From assembly GCA_016187225.1 (NCBI GenBank), contig JACPKC010000010.1:156590-220589 (forward strand): a stretch of 64,000 bases of DNA. Direction: 5' to 3'. This document shows, in pieces, positions 28,351-38,021 of the stretch. The DNA comes from Candidatus Berkelbacteria bacterium (GTDB lineage: Bacteria > Patescibacteriota > UBA1384 > JACPKC01). The position numbers and the translations under genes were made by a program. The notes under the pieces are model-generated. The model had not been told where the DNA came from, ran no database searches, and worked only from the letters and a program-made list of their open reading frames with translations. Each line of letters starts with the position of its first letter. Position 1 is the stretch's first letter.

Positions 28351-29479
28351 TCTGTTGATTTTTTCCTTGACCCTCATCTTTTGTCGACTCATCCTCGGTT
28401 GGAATTTCTTTTATTTCTTTATCTTCGTCTGTATTTTGATCTTTAACTATATCTAACTCCCAACCAGTTAGTTTACTTGCAAGGCGAACGTTTTGTCCAC
28501 CCTTTCCAATTGCCAGTGAGACTTGATCCGCTGGCACTCGAATGGTGGCTTTTTTGAGAGCTTCATCAAGAATAATTTCGTCAACCTTGGCCGGCGAAAG
28601 CGCATTGGCAATAAGTTTTTTTGGATCGGCATCCCAGAGAATGATGTCTATTTTTTCATTACCCAAATCAGAAAGAACCGCTTGGACACGAATCCCACGT
28701 TGCCCAACACATGAGCCAACCGGGTCAAGACCTTCTTGGTGAGCGGCAACAGCAATTTTAGTGCGTGAGCCAGCCTCGCGCGCGATTGTTTCGATTGTTA
28801 CAGTTCCCGATTGGATTTCTGGCACTTCTTGGGTAAAGAAACCGCGAATAAGATCAGGATGCGAGCGCGAGACCATAACTTTTGGGCCGCGGTTGGTTTC
28901 CTCGACGCCCTTAACGTAGATCTTGAGACGTTGGCCAATATAGTAACGTTCCTCATGAATTTGGTCGGGAAGCATCATCACGGCATTCATGCGCCCGATA
29001 TTAATAACAATGTCTCGTCCATCGATTTGTTGAACCGTGCCGCTGACAATTTGTCCTTCTTTACCTTTGAATTCAGAATAGAGAAGGGATCGTTCAGCCT
29101 CCGCTATCCGTTGAATGATTACCTGTTTGGCTGTTTGAGCCGCAATCCGTCCAAAATCGGCTTGGTGTGGAAGGGGCATACTTACTTCTCCGCCTATATC
29201 TGCCTTGTCGTCGAGTTTTTGAGCTTCAGTTAGAGTAATCTGCCGTTCCGGTTCCTCAATTTCCGCATCATCGGCAACAATCTCGAAAACTTGTCGCATT
29301 TGAGTTTTGCCGATGTCATTTGGATTTAAGGTTGCGCGAATCACTTGGCCGGTTCGTCCATAGTCTTTTCGATACGCCGCCGCCAGTGCCGCCTCGACAG
29401 TTTGAACGACAGTTTCAATAGGAAGGCCGCGTTCCTCGGCAAGTTCCTGAAGGGCAACTAAAAAAGGTGAATCCTTCAT
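28343..29479 (-). CDS. nusA: Transcription factor NusA
   Basis: FGRIAAQTAKQ, S1 domain, AREAGSRTKIAV, AIGKGGQNVRLA. Confidence 0.97.
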   Translation of the reverse strand: MKDSPFLVALQELAEERGLPIETVVQTVEAALAAAYRKDYGRTGQVIRATLNPNDIGKTQMRQVFEIVADDAEIEEPERQITLTEAQKLDDKADIGGEVSMPLPHQADFGRIAAQTAKQVIIQRIAEAERSLLYSEFKGKEGQIVSGTVQQIDGRDIVINIGRMNAVMMLPDQIHEERYYIGQRLKIYVKGVEETNRGPKVMVSRSHPDLIRGFFTQEVPEIQSGTVTIETIAREAGSRTKIAVAAHQEGLDPVGSCVGQRGIRVQAVLSDLGNEKIDIILWDADPKKLIANALSPAKVDEIILDEALKKATIRVPADQVSLAIGKGGQNVRLASKLTGWELDIVKDQNTDEDKEIKEIPTEDESTKDEGQGKNQQNE

Positions 29480-29521
29480 ATTTATCCTTTCTTATTTAGA
29501 GTATATAGGATCAATTCCTAT

Positions 29522-29551
29522 AAAAAAACAGCCACCATTCTTGGTGCTGTT
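29522..29551 (-). terminator. Leader terminator/attenuator upstream of nusA
   Basis: AACAGC-ACCA-AGAA-UGGU-G-GCUGUU-UUUUU on the minus strand. Confidence 0.7.
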
Positions 29552-29557
29552 GACTAC

Positions 29558-29586
29558 AGTATAAGGTGAATCGATTTAGTCGTCAA
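29558..29586 (-). promoter_or_regulatory. nusA operon promoter
   Basis: TTGACG-17nt-TATACT. Confidence 0.7.
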
Positions 29587-29601
29587 TCGTATGCGGGGTT
29601 T

Positions 29602-30459
29602 CTATGAATTTTTGTATTGGCGTGCCCAAAAGACTTTCCACGGGAAAACCAGCGTTGCTTTGAGAATACGGCGCCAACGCCAGGGTTGAATGAGTAAACG
29701 CCAGCACCATTCAAGGCCAAGCGAGCGGAGCCAGGCAGGGGCACGGGGGACAATACCTGCAAGATAGTCAAATGCTCCTCCTACCCCAAGCATTAATGAG
29801 ATGCCGAGAATTTTTTTATGTTCATGAATAAAAAGATCTTGTGTCGGCGCTCCCAATGCTACCAGTAGAATGTCTGGCTTGAGAGCGCGAATGCGGTGAG
29901 CCAGTAAGTTAAGTTCATCTTTGCGTCGCTTGCCTTGAACTGATTTTGCCACTCCCGCTTCGGCGCCGACGACTATTAATTCAGGATAATGTGTACGTAG
30001 TTTAATCGCAGCTTGTTCGGCTATTCCCTTATCGCCACCGAGAAAAAAGAATTTCCATCTGTGTTTTGTTCCGTATGCCGCCAGTTGATCAATTAAATCG
30101 ACGCCTGTGATAATTTCAGGAATGGGATGATTTAATTCCTTTGACTGAAGAATAAAAATCAGGCCTACCCAGGCCCCCGCTAAAAGCCCAACCACCAGGC
30201 GAGCTGGTTGCCAAGTAGGAAAAGAAAGCGAATTATAGTACGCGGCAAGTTGAATACCTTTGCCATCGGCTGTAGACATTTCAGCATCCCCAAGAGCAGT
30301 GCGAAAAGCGCGATTCGTTTGGGCTTCAAGAATAAATTCCGGATTCACAGTTACAAGCTGACTTGGCAAACGAGCTTGAATAATATTTGCACAACTTGCT
30401 AGTAAATCTGGGCGTAAGCGACAGTCGATTGACACTGAAAGAATTTGCGCTCGTTTCAT
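29602..30459 (-). CDS. WecB/TagA/CpsF family glycosyltransferase
   Basis: VTVNPE, ADG.G, ITGVDL, VALGAP.QD, GVGGAFD, RAP...LGLEW.WRL..QPWR. Confidence 0.92.
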   Translation of the reverse strand: MKRAQILSVSIDCRLRPDLLASCANIIQARLPSQLVTVNPEFILEAQTNRAFRTALGDAEMSTADGKGIQLAAYYNSLSFPTWQPARLVVGLLAGAWVGLIFILQSKELNHPIPEIITGVDLIDQLAAYGTKHRWKFFFLGGDKGIAEQAAIKLRTHYPELIVVGAEAGVAKSVQGKRRKDELNLLAHRIRALKPDILLVALGAPTQDLFIHEHKKILGISLMLGVGGAFDYLAGIVPRAPAWLRSLGLEWCWRLLIQPWRWRRILKATLVFPWKVFWARQYKNS

Positions 30460-30460
30460 A

Positions 30461-31003
30461 TTATTTTATTGTGACGCTCATCATCTGGTCACCGACTTGA
30501 ATTTGATCCACAACATTCATGCCGTCAGTTACCTCGCCGAAAATCGTATAGTTTGGCGGTAGAGGCTTGTCTTCTAGCATGATAAAAAATTGACTGCCAT
30601 TAGTGTTTGGTCCACTGTTTGCCATAGCGACTATCCCGCGTTTGTACTCTTGTCTAATAGGTTCATCTTTAAATGTGTATCCCGGTCCGCCGGTACCGTC
30701 ACCATTTGGGTCGCCGCCCTGGATAACAAAACCCGGCTCAACACGATGAAATGTAAGGCCGTCATAGAACTTTTTCTCAATAAGCGTGATGAAATTGCTA
30801 ACTGCCAGCGGCGCGTCATCTGGGAGTAGGCTGATTCGAATTGTGCCTTTAGGAGTTTCAACGATTGCAGTTTTATTCTGAATTTTTTCCCCTGGCAAAA
30901 TAGTTGGCGCCTGACTTTGATTAGTCATAGTTTTCTCCTTTACGCAACCTGTTAACGTAGTTGCGGTGGTTATGGCTATGAGTACATAGAGTAAGATTTT
31001 CAT
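30461..31003 (-). CDS. Cyclophilin-type peptidyl-prolyl isomerase (lipoprotein)
   Basis: Lipobox LTGC; FYDGLTFHRV..FVIQGGDP, AMANSGPNTNGSQFFI. Confidence 0.93.
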   Translation of the reverse strand: MKILLYVLIAITTATTLTGCVKEKTMTNQSQAPTILPGEKIQNKTAIVETPKGTIRISLLPDDAPLAVSNFITLIEKKFYDGLTFHRVEPGFVIQGGDPNGDGTGGPGYTFKDEPIRQEYKRGIVAMANSGPNTNGSQFFIMLEDKPLPPNYTIFGEVTDGMNVVDQIQVGDQMMSVTIK

Positions 31004-31097
31004 AATTTAGATGTACTCCTTAACAATTTTATGAGTATTATTTGGGGACTCGGTTATTATTTCCCCTATTATGCTTACCTTGCTATCTTATTGACGT

Positions 31098-31328
31098 ATG
31101 CAAATAAATGGCCAAGAGCCAATCGGACAACTTATTAAAGATTATCCTGTGCTTAAAGAAGTTCTGCAAGCTTACGGTTTACACTGCGCTGGTTGTTTTC
31201 TGAATGAATGGGACACGCTTGCTGGAGGCGCTAGATTGCATGGTATGAGCGAACGTGAAATGTATAATCTCTTGAGGGATGTTAATGAAGTTATAAGGAC
31301 TAGAGTGCTCTATGCTGAAACTCAATAA
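31098..31328 (+). CDS. DUF1858-like small protein (CxxC)
   Basis: I..L...YP...VL..YGLHCAGC....TL..GA..HG; first gene of the suf operon. Confidence 0.75.
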   Translation: MQINGQEPIGQLIKDYPVLKEVLQAYGLHCAGCFLNEWDTLAGGARLHGMSEREMYNLLRDVNEVIRTRVLYAETQ

Positions 31329-32049
31329 CTTATCGATTTCTGTTGGTTCGCAACAAATCGTGTCAAATTTTTCTTTAGCTGTAAATCCTGGAGAAATGCA
31401 TGTTTTACTTGGCCCAAACGGTTCAGGTAAGAGCACGCTTGCGGCCGCACTCATGGGGCACCCTGATTATTGTATCACTTCGGGTGAAGCCATGCTCGAC
31501 GGTCAGGATCTGCTCGCTCTTACTCCTGACAAGCGAGCGCAAATCGGATTTTTTCTGTCTTTTCAAACTCCGGTGGCTATTCCTGGTTTGAAACTTGAAA
31601 GTTTTTTACGTTCAGCGGTTAATCAGGTGAGGGAGAGTCAAAAGAAGTCCACCTATTCGGTATTAGAGTTTCGCAAGAAATTGCAAAGCGCAATTGCCCT
31701 GCTCGGGTTAGACGCTTCATTTTTGGCTCGCACATTAAATGATGGTTTTTCTGGCGGCGAACGCAAGCGCTGTGAGATTATGCAGTTTCTCCTCTTTGAA
31801 CCAAAATATGCCATCCTAGATGAGTGTGATTCCGGCCTCGATGTCGACGCCTTGCGTTTGATTGGGGGGTTACTTAATCGAGCGCGGACAAGTGAGCAGG
31901 GTGTTGTTCTGATCACCCATTCTCCGCAACTCCTGTCTTATATCGAAGCGCCTAAGCGCGTTCATATCATTCGTCAAGGCGCACTTGCGCTTTCCGGTCA
32001 AGACGACCTGATAACAAATTGGGCAGAGCATGGTTTCCAAAACGCTTAA
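31312..32049 (+). CDS. sufC: Fe-S assembly ATPase SufC
   Basis: GPNGSGKST, GFSGGERKR, ILDE.DSGLD.DAL. Confidence 0.95.
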   Translation: MLKLNNLSISVGSQQIVSNFSLAVNPGEMHVLLGPNGSGKSTLAAALMGHPDYCITSGEAMLDGQDLLALTPDKRAQIGFFLSFQTPVAIPGLKLESFLRSAVNQVRESQKKSTYSVLEFRKKLQSAIALLGLDASFLARTLNDGFSGGERKRCEIMQFLLFEPKYAILDECDSGLDVDALRLIGGLLNRARTSEQGVVLITHSPQLLSYIEAPKRVHIIRQGALALSGQDDLITNWAEHGFQNA

Positions 32050-33436
32050 TCTCGCGCTCGGGTACAAAGAAAAGTATGGGTTTTCAACCCGCCACATACC
32101 CTACCTTGAGGCACCGACCGGTTTAAATGAGTCTGTAATTCGTTTTTTGAGCCATACCAAACGAGAACCTATTTGGATGCTGACGCGTCGCCTGCAAGCG
32201 CTCAAGGTTTTTTGGAGCAAACCTCTGCCAACTTGGGGTGCAGACTTGAGTCGTCTGGATTTTTCGCAAATTACCTACTATATCAAATCGACCGAGGATC
32301 AATATCGACGGTGGGAAGATGTGCCGCCGGAGATTACTCAAACATTTGAGCGACTCGGTGTGCCGCAAGCAGAACGAGCTTTTCTTGCTGGCGTAGGCGC
32401 TCAATTTGAATCTGAAGTGGTGTATCAACACCTAGAGGCGGATCTGGCGAGCAAAGGTGTAATTTTTACTGATATGGATAGCGCGCTTCAACAATATCCA
32501 AAATTTGTAAAGCGCTATTTAGGTACAGTAGTTTCGTTGGCTGACAATAAATTTGCCGCTCTTAATAGCGCTGTATGGAGCGGCGGTAGTTTTGTTTATG
32601 TACCTGCCGGTGTCGAAATTGATGTACCTCTACAAACTTATTTCCGAATCAACGCTAAGAATATGGGTCAGTTTGAGCGTACGTTGATTATCGCCGAAGA
32701 AGGCGCTCGTGTGCATTACGTTGAGGGGTGCACCGCGCCAGTTTACGCTTCAGATTCGCTTCATGCGGCTGTGGTAGAAGTAATTGCTAAGCCTGGCGCG
32801 CAGGTGCGTTATACGACCATTCAAAATTGGTCGAATAATGTTTACAACTTAGTCACTAAGCGAGCGATCGCTTATCAGGATGCAAAGGTGGAGTGGATCG
32901 ATGGCAACATTGGAAGCGGGGTAACAATGAAGTATCCGTGTGTGGTTCTTGTTGGTGAGCGCGCCCAGGCTCAAATCTTAAGCCTAGCGTATGCTGGTAA
33001 AAATCAGTGTCAGGATACGGGTGGCAAAGTTATTCACGGCGCACCCAATACATCTTCCACGGTCGTGAGTAAATCAATTAGTCGGGATGGCGGGCGAGCA
33101 ACGTATCGAGGACTAGTCAAGGTTGCACATCAAGCAACTAACACCAAAGTCTCGGTCAATTGCGACGCCTTGCTTTTGGATAATATTTCACACTCAATCA
33201 CCTTGCCTGATATGCAGATCATGAACGACGACGTTGCCATCGCTCATGAGGCCAGCGTCGGACGAGTTAGTCAAGATCAATTATTTTATCTGCAAAGTCG
33301 AGGGGTTCCCCAAGCACAGGCGCTTGCTTTGATAATTCATGGCTTCATTGAACCAATCACGCGATCTTTACCTTTTGAGTACGCTATTGAACTTAATCGC
33401 TTAATCGAACTTGAAATGGAAGGATCAGTTGGATGA
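32030..33436 (+). CDS. sufB: Fe-S assembly scaffold SufB
   Basis: GQFERTLII, YVEGCTAP, TMKYP, HEASVG, LIELEMEGSVG. Confidence 0.97.
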   Translation: MVSKTLNLALGYKEKYGFSTRHIPYLEAPTGLNESVIRFLSHTKREPIWMLTRRLQALKVFWSKPLPTWGADLSRLDFSQITYYIKSTEDQYRRWEDVPPEITQTFERLGVPQAERAFLAGVGAQFESEVVYQHLEADLASKGVIFTDMDSALQQYPKFVKRYLGTVVSLADNKFAALNSAVWSGGSFVYVPAGVEIDVPLQTYFRINAKNMGQFERTLIIAEEGARVHYVEGCTAPVYASDSLHAAVVEVIAKPGAQVRYTTIQNWSNNVYNLVTKRAIAYQDAKVEWIDGNIGSGVTMKYPCVVLVGERAQAQILSLAYAGKNQCQDTGGKVIHGAPNTSSTVVSKSISRDGGRATYRGLVKVAHQATNTKVSVNCDALLLDNISHSITLPDMQIMNDDVAIAHEASVGRVSQDQLFYLQSRGVPQAQALALIIHGFIEPITRSLPFEYAIELNRLIELEMEGSVG

Positions 33437-33993
33437 AAAATTTCTTGCGCATTCAAGCCAGAAGAAACACCTTTGTGTTAGAAAAAGCCGGTGAGTATTT
33501 TTTACCTATTAGCGTAGAGAGCAAATCCGATTCCCTCTCTCTGTATGTCGACATAATTTCTACGAACGTTAAATTAATAATTATCTCAACATTTCTTGGT
33601 AAAGCTCAAGATAATTTTCAGTTCGACATTCAGATTCACCACCGTGCGCCTAAGACGCAATCCGATATCAAAATTTTTGCCGCTCTTTTTGAAATGAGTC
33701 AATTATCAGTCAACGGCGCGATTAATTTACCAACCGGTGTTAAAAATTCCAGCACCTATTTTTTTGTCAAAAGTTTACTCCTCTCTGACAAGGCGCGCAC
33801 ACGAGTAATTCCCTCTCTTGGGATTGAAGAAAATGAGGTCCGAGCCGGGCACGGTGTAAGTATTGGACGCATCAGTGATGAAGAGTTGTTTTATCTCATG
33901 TCGCGTGGCTTAACGCAGGCCCAGGCCCAGAATCTTTTGGTTCAAAGTCTCTTTGAGCCGGCACGAGAAAAAATAAGAGAGTATGGTTTATGA
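33433..33993 (+). CDS. sufD: Short SufD-like protein
   Basis: LLLS..A....P.L.I..NEV.AGHG..IG.I..EELFYLMSRG; between sufB and sufS. Confidence 0.85.
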   Translation: MKNFLRIQARRNTFVLEKAGEYFLPISVESKSDSLSLYVDIISTNVKLIIISTFLGKAQDNFQFDIQIHHRAPKTQSDIKIFAALFEMSQLSVNGAINLPTGVKNSSTYFFVKSLLLSDKARTRVIPSLGIEENEVRAGHGVSIGRISDEELFYLMSRGLTQAQAQNLLVQSLFEPAREKIREYGL

Positions 33994-35222
33994 ATTCAAC
34001 GGTCGTAGAGCATATAACTAGAAAAGATTTTCCTTTCTTTAGATTTAATCCGAACGTTGTTTATTTAGACACAGCCGCAAGCGCTCAAAAGCCCCAATGC
34101 GTTATTGATAGAATACAAAAATTCTACGAACGTGAATACTCTAGCGTTAATAGAGCAGATTACTACGAAGCGCTTGTGGCGACAGCTGAATTAGAGAACG
34201 TGCGTTTGGCAGTAGCTGACTTTATTCACGCATCTGCCAGAGAAATAATATTCACTCGAGGCGCAACCGAGAGCATTAATCTAGTCGCACAGTCTTTCCT
34301 CAAGGCGTGTTTACAGCCTGGCGAGGTTGTTCTTGCAACTTCGGCAGAACATCATTCCAATTTTTTGCCTTGGTTAAAAGTGTGCCAGCAGACTGGCGCA
34401 GAACTTTTGATTTTGGACATTTCTAAAAACGGAGCATTCCCATTGCAAGAGTATCAGGCCCAACTGAAGAATAGACGTGTGAAGTTTGTGGCCCTTGCTT
34501 ACGTTTCGAATGTTCTAGGTTGCGTTTTTCCAGTTAAAAAAATTATCGACCTCGCTCATCAATCAGATTGCCAAGTACTCGTTGACGCAACTCAAGCTGT
34601 GCCGCATCTGCCAGTCGATGTTGCTGAATTGGGAGCAGATTTTTTGGTTTTCTCTGGCCACAAAATTTACGGTCCAACCGGTGTCGGTGTCCTCTTTGTT
34701 CGTCGAGCCTTGCTCGAGAAGATGAAGCCAATCAACCTCGGCGGCGAGATGGTGACTAAAGTTTGGCATGGTGGCTACGAACTTCAAGGCATTCCCCAAC
34801 GCTTTGAGGCCGGTACTCCTGCGATTGCAGAAATCCTCGGTCTAGGTGAGGCTGTTCAGTATCTTAATAGGTTCAATTGGTTTGCTCTTCGTATCCATGA
34901 AACAAACATCTTAAACATGTTCCTCAAGAAGTTGGAAAAATTTCCCAGTATCCAAATTTTAGGACCGAACAGTGAAGAATCGCGCACAGGTGTTCTTGCT
35001 TTTTGGAGTAACCGTTTGCATGCACATGATATCGCAAGTTTATTAGCTGAAGAGCGGGTTGCAGTTCGAGCCGGTTATCACTGTGCTGAAATTTTACATC
35101 GATCCCTAAAAATTCCTGCGACCGTGCGTTTAAGTGTTGGTATGTATACTTCTTATAATGATGTTGAGAGATTTTTCGCCGCTCTGGGTCGTTCTTTGAA
35201 AAGGATAGGAATTGTCATCTAA
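33990..35222 (+). CDS. sufS: Cysteine desulfurase SufS
   Basis: YLDTAASAQKP, EHHSN, FSGHKIYGP, FEAGTP, RAGYHCA. Confidence 0.95.
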   Translation: MNSTVVEHITRKDFPFFRFNPNVVYLDTAASAQKPQCVIDRIQKFYEREYSSVNRADYYEALVATAELENVRLAVADFIHASAREIIFTRGATESINLVAQSFLKACLQPGEVVLATSAEHHSNFLPWLKVCQQTGAELLILDISKNGAFPLQEYQAQLKNRRVKFVALAYVSNVLGCVFPVKKIIDLAHQSDCQVLVDATQAVPHLPVDVAELGADFLVFSGHKIYGPTGVGVLFVRRALLEKMKPINLGGEMVTKVWHGGYELQGIPQRFEAGTPAIAEILGLGEAVQYLNRFNWFALRIHETNILNMFLKKLEKFPSIQILGPNSEESRTGVLAFWSNRLHAHDIASLLAEERVAVRAGYHCAEILHRSLKIPATVRLSVGMYTSYNDVERFFAALGRSLKRIGIVI

Positions 35223-35624
35223 ATGCAAAGTCTATATTCAGAATTAGTGCTTGATTATTTTTATACCCCTCGCTACACGCCGCCTTTGGCTAATCCAGAT
35301 TACGAGAGTCAGCTTCATAATACTTACTGTGCTGACTCTATATATCTCACGTTCGTAGTAAATAAGCAGATGGTTATTCAAGCTGTTGGAGCAGAGGTTA
35401 AAGGTTGCGCTCTTGCACATGTGGGCGCCTCTGTGCTTGCCGAACAAATAATCGATAGAACTCTGTCAGAAGTTAAAAATTTTCAACCCGAGCAAATTTT
35501 ATCCACTCTTCAATTAGTCTCAATCTCTCCTCTGCGCCTCAACTGTTTTTTACTAGCTTATCGATCGTTCCAAAAAGCTCTATGTCCTCAAGCCATACCC
35601 TCGTCGGAAAAGACTGACGGTTAG
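35223..35624 (+). CDS. sufU: SufU/IscU-like protein
   Basis: Three conserved Cys: N.YCAD, GCAL...AS, R.NC. Confidence 0.85.
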   Translation: MQSLYSELVLDYFYTPRYTPPLANPDYESQLHNTYCADSIYLTFVVNKQMVIQAVGAEVKGCALAHVGASVLAEQIIDRTLSEVKNFQPEQILSTLQLVSISPLRLNCFLLAYRSFQKALCPQAIPSSEKTDG

Positions 35625-36347
35625 AATCGACAGACCCGTGATTGACACTAAAATTAATATCAGACCAGTAGTTGGATTAGTTTCTCTAATACCGATCATT
35701 GAATAACGAATCCCGTCGATAAAATAAAAAAACGGATTAAAGCGCGCAATGGTTTGAAGGTTTGCGGGCAACATATTGATTGAATTGAAGACGCCGCCAA
35801 CAAAACTTAAAGGCATAATCACAAACGTATTTAAAATATTGAGCTGTTCAAAGCCTTTTGCCCAAAGGCCAGTTAAAATCCCCAAAAAACCAAAAATAAT
35901 CGAAACAGAAATCATGTAGAACAAAAATGCGCCAACATGATTTAGATTAGCCGCACTGAATAAAACAGCGATTAAATAAATTCCAACTCCGACAACTCCG
36001 GCCCGAATCATTGACCCAATCACGTAGCCGATAATCATTTCTGCATACGAAAGAGGCGAGACTAAAATTTCTTCAATATTGCGGGCAAAGCGTTGAAAGT
36101 AGAGGGAGAACGAAGATTGGGAAAACGCCGCCATCAAAACATTCATCATGAGAATGCCGGGGAGCACGAAGTCGATATATTCCACGCCTTCAATAAAATT
36201 AATTCTCTGTCCGACCACTTGTCCAAAAACAAAAATATAAAGAAGAGCGCTAATCCAGGGCGTAATTAGAGTTTGAATTGAAACTTTGAAAACACGTTCT
36301 GCTTCTTTTTGAATTATCGTATAAAGTCCAGTCCAGTTTCTAATCAT
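35580..36347 (-). CDS. ABC-2 type transporter permease (YadH-like)
   Basis: Six TMs; Y..F..PG..MM, P.SF.GGVF.S, NPFFY.IDG.RY. Confidence 0.88.
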   Translation of the reverse strand: MIRNWTGLYTIIQKEAERVFKVSIQTLITPWISALLYIFVFGQVVGQRINFIEGVEYIDFVLPGILMMNVLMAAFSQSSFSLYFQRFARNIEEILVSPLSYAEMIIGYVIGSMIRAGVVGVGIYLIAVLFSAANLNHVGAFLFYMISVSIIFGFLGILTGLWAKGFEQLNILNTFVIMPLSFVGGVFNSINMLPANLQTIARFNPFFYFIDGIRYSMIGIRETNPTTGLILILVSITGLSILTVSLFRRGYGLRT

Positions 36348-37078
36348 TTCATACTCCGTGTTAAATTCAGATAGATGTCTTCAAGGCGTTGACTGCCTTT
36401 AGTGAGCTTCTCTAGAGTATCATTGGCGACCAATTGTCCTTGGGAAATTATAGCGACTCGGTAACATAATTTTTCGATCTCTTCTAGATAATGTGAAGTT
36501 AAAATAATCGTTTTCCCTTCACGATTCAATTCTTTTAAGTAACGCCAGAGTTCTAATCTCAACTCAACATCGACACCCGCTGTGGGTTCGTCGAGAATCA
36601 AGAGTTTTGGATCATGAATCAAGGCCCGAGCTAGTATGACACGCCGTTTCAATCCACCCGAAAGTGTCTGAAATTTTTTGTCCGCATGTTGCGAAAGATT
36701 GAAACGTTCTAAAAGTTCATCGATGCGCTGTCTGCGTTTTGAGCTTGGCATACCATAGTATCCCCCCATATAGTCGAGAATTTTTCGAGTAGAAAGAAAA
36801 ATATCAACATTAAATTCTTGTGGCGAGAGACCAATTTGTTGCCGTGCCTGGCGATAATCGACAACGGCGTCATAACCAAAAATACTGATTTTTCCGCTTG
36901 TAATGGTTGCGATGCCGGTGACGCAGTGGATTGTGGATGATTTTCCAGCTCCGTTTGGACCAAGGAAACCAAAAAATTCTCCCGCCTGAACTGTCAACGT
37001 AAGATCGTGCACCGCAGTTACGGCGCTATATCGTTTAGTAAGCGATTTAATCTCAAGCGCAGGTTCTTTTTGACTCAT
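36344..37078 (-). CDS. ABC transporter ATP-binding protein (YadG-like)
   Basis: GPNGAGKS, LSGG.KRR, ILDEPTAGVD, TSHY. Confidence 0.92.
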   Translation of the reverse strand: MSQKEPALEIKSLTKRYSAVTAVHDLTLTVQAGEFFGFLGPNGAGKSSTIHCVTGIATITSGKISIFGYDAVVDYRQARQQIGLSPQEFNVDIFLSTRKILDYMGGYYGMPSSKRRQRIDELLERFNLSQHADKKFQTLSGGLKRRVILARALIHDPKLLILDEPTAGVDVELRLELWRYLKELNREGKTIILTSHYLEEIEKLCYRVAIISQGQLVANDTLEKLTKGSQRLEDIYLNLTRSMK

Positions 37079-37150
37079 GATTTATCTTTCGCTAGCCTTT
37101 TTGTAGAAGTTATTGTAGAGTTCCTGCGTATAAGATTGCTGTAAGGAAGA

Positions 37151-37762
37151 ATGAATACTGTTCAAAAAATTCATCCATTAATGTTTACTGGTGGTTTTGC
37201 ACTGGCATTGATTACACTTGGCGTGCCGGTTCTTTCGATTTGGTTTAGTTTTTTTGTCTTAGGCAAGATTAGCTTCTTTGCGAGAATTCTCCAAATCAAT
37301 AGCTATCCCCTTTTTTCACTCGCCCCCGGATTCATACTTGGTGTTTTTATTATTTTGATTGGGCTAGTGCTTGCTCGCAAGCAGAATGAATTAGCTTTAC
37401 GGTGGGTGACAGCGCTTGTAGGGGGAACGATTATTACCTCAACGATTGTCGCGTTTTGGGTAATGCTTTTAATCCAAATGCCCCGTTTTCAAATTTATCA
37501 GATCGCCTTTGAACAAACACGCTGGAATCAAAGTTCATGCAATTATAGTCGTGTTCGTCAGCAGATGTTAAGCGATTTGCGCACACGTGCTCAAGGTAAA
37601 ACCAAGGCAGAACTCGAAGCGATGATTGGTCGTCCAACTGATGGTCAAAATTCATACTGTCTCGGCCCAGAAGCACACGTCATTCCGATAGATCGAGTTT
37701 TTATGCAACCTATTTATAGTCGAGATAGCCGTGTCACTGATTTGAGAATCACGGCGAGCTAG
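37151..37762 (+). CDS. Hypothetical membrane protein
   Basis: Three TMs then W...R..M..DL...GKT..E....G.P soluble domain. Confidence 0.65.
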   Translation: MNTVQKIHPLMFTGGFALALITLGVPVLSIWFSFFVLGKISFFARILQINSYPLFSLAPGFILGVFIILIGLVLARKQNELALRWVTALVGGTIITSTIVAFWVMLLIQMPRFQIYQIAFEQTRWNQSSCNYSRVRQQMLSDLRTRAQGKTKAELEAMIGRPTDGQNSYCLGPEAHVIPIDRVFMQPIYSRDSRVTDLRITAS

Positions 37763-37772
37763 TTTATACATT

Positions 37773-38021
37773 TTACGGACGTTGATTATTTGCCGATAAT
37801 TTATCGTTGTCATTGAGTTCTCCCCTATTCTGAAATTTTTCCTGGATAATCATAAACTCGTGTTCAATCGTTGCAAGTTTTTTTTGAGCACATTGCAAGA
37901 GACGATTCCCTTGTTCATATAACTTCAGACCCTCTTCGAGCGGTGTCTTTTCACTCTCAAGTCGAGTGGTAATTTCTTCAATCGCATTCAATAGATCTTC
38001 AAATGATTGTTGTTTTTTCAT
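37773..38021 (-). CDS. xseB: Exodeoxyribonuclease VII small subunit
   Basis: SFE.....EEI...LE....PLEE....YEQG..L...Q.KL; adjacent to xseA. Confidence 0.9.
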   Translation of the reverse strand: MKKQQSFEDLLNAIEEITTRLESEKTPLEEGLKLYEQGNRLLQCAQKKLATIEHEFMIIQEKFQNRGELNDNDKLSANNQRP

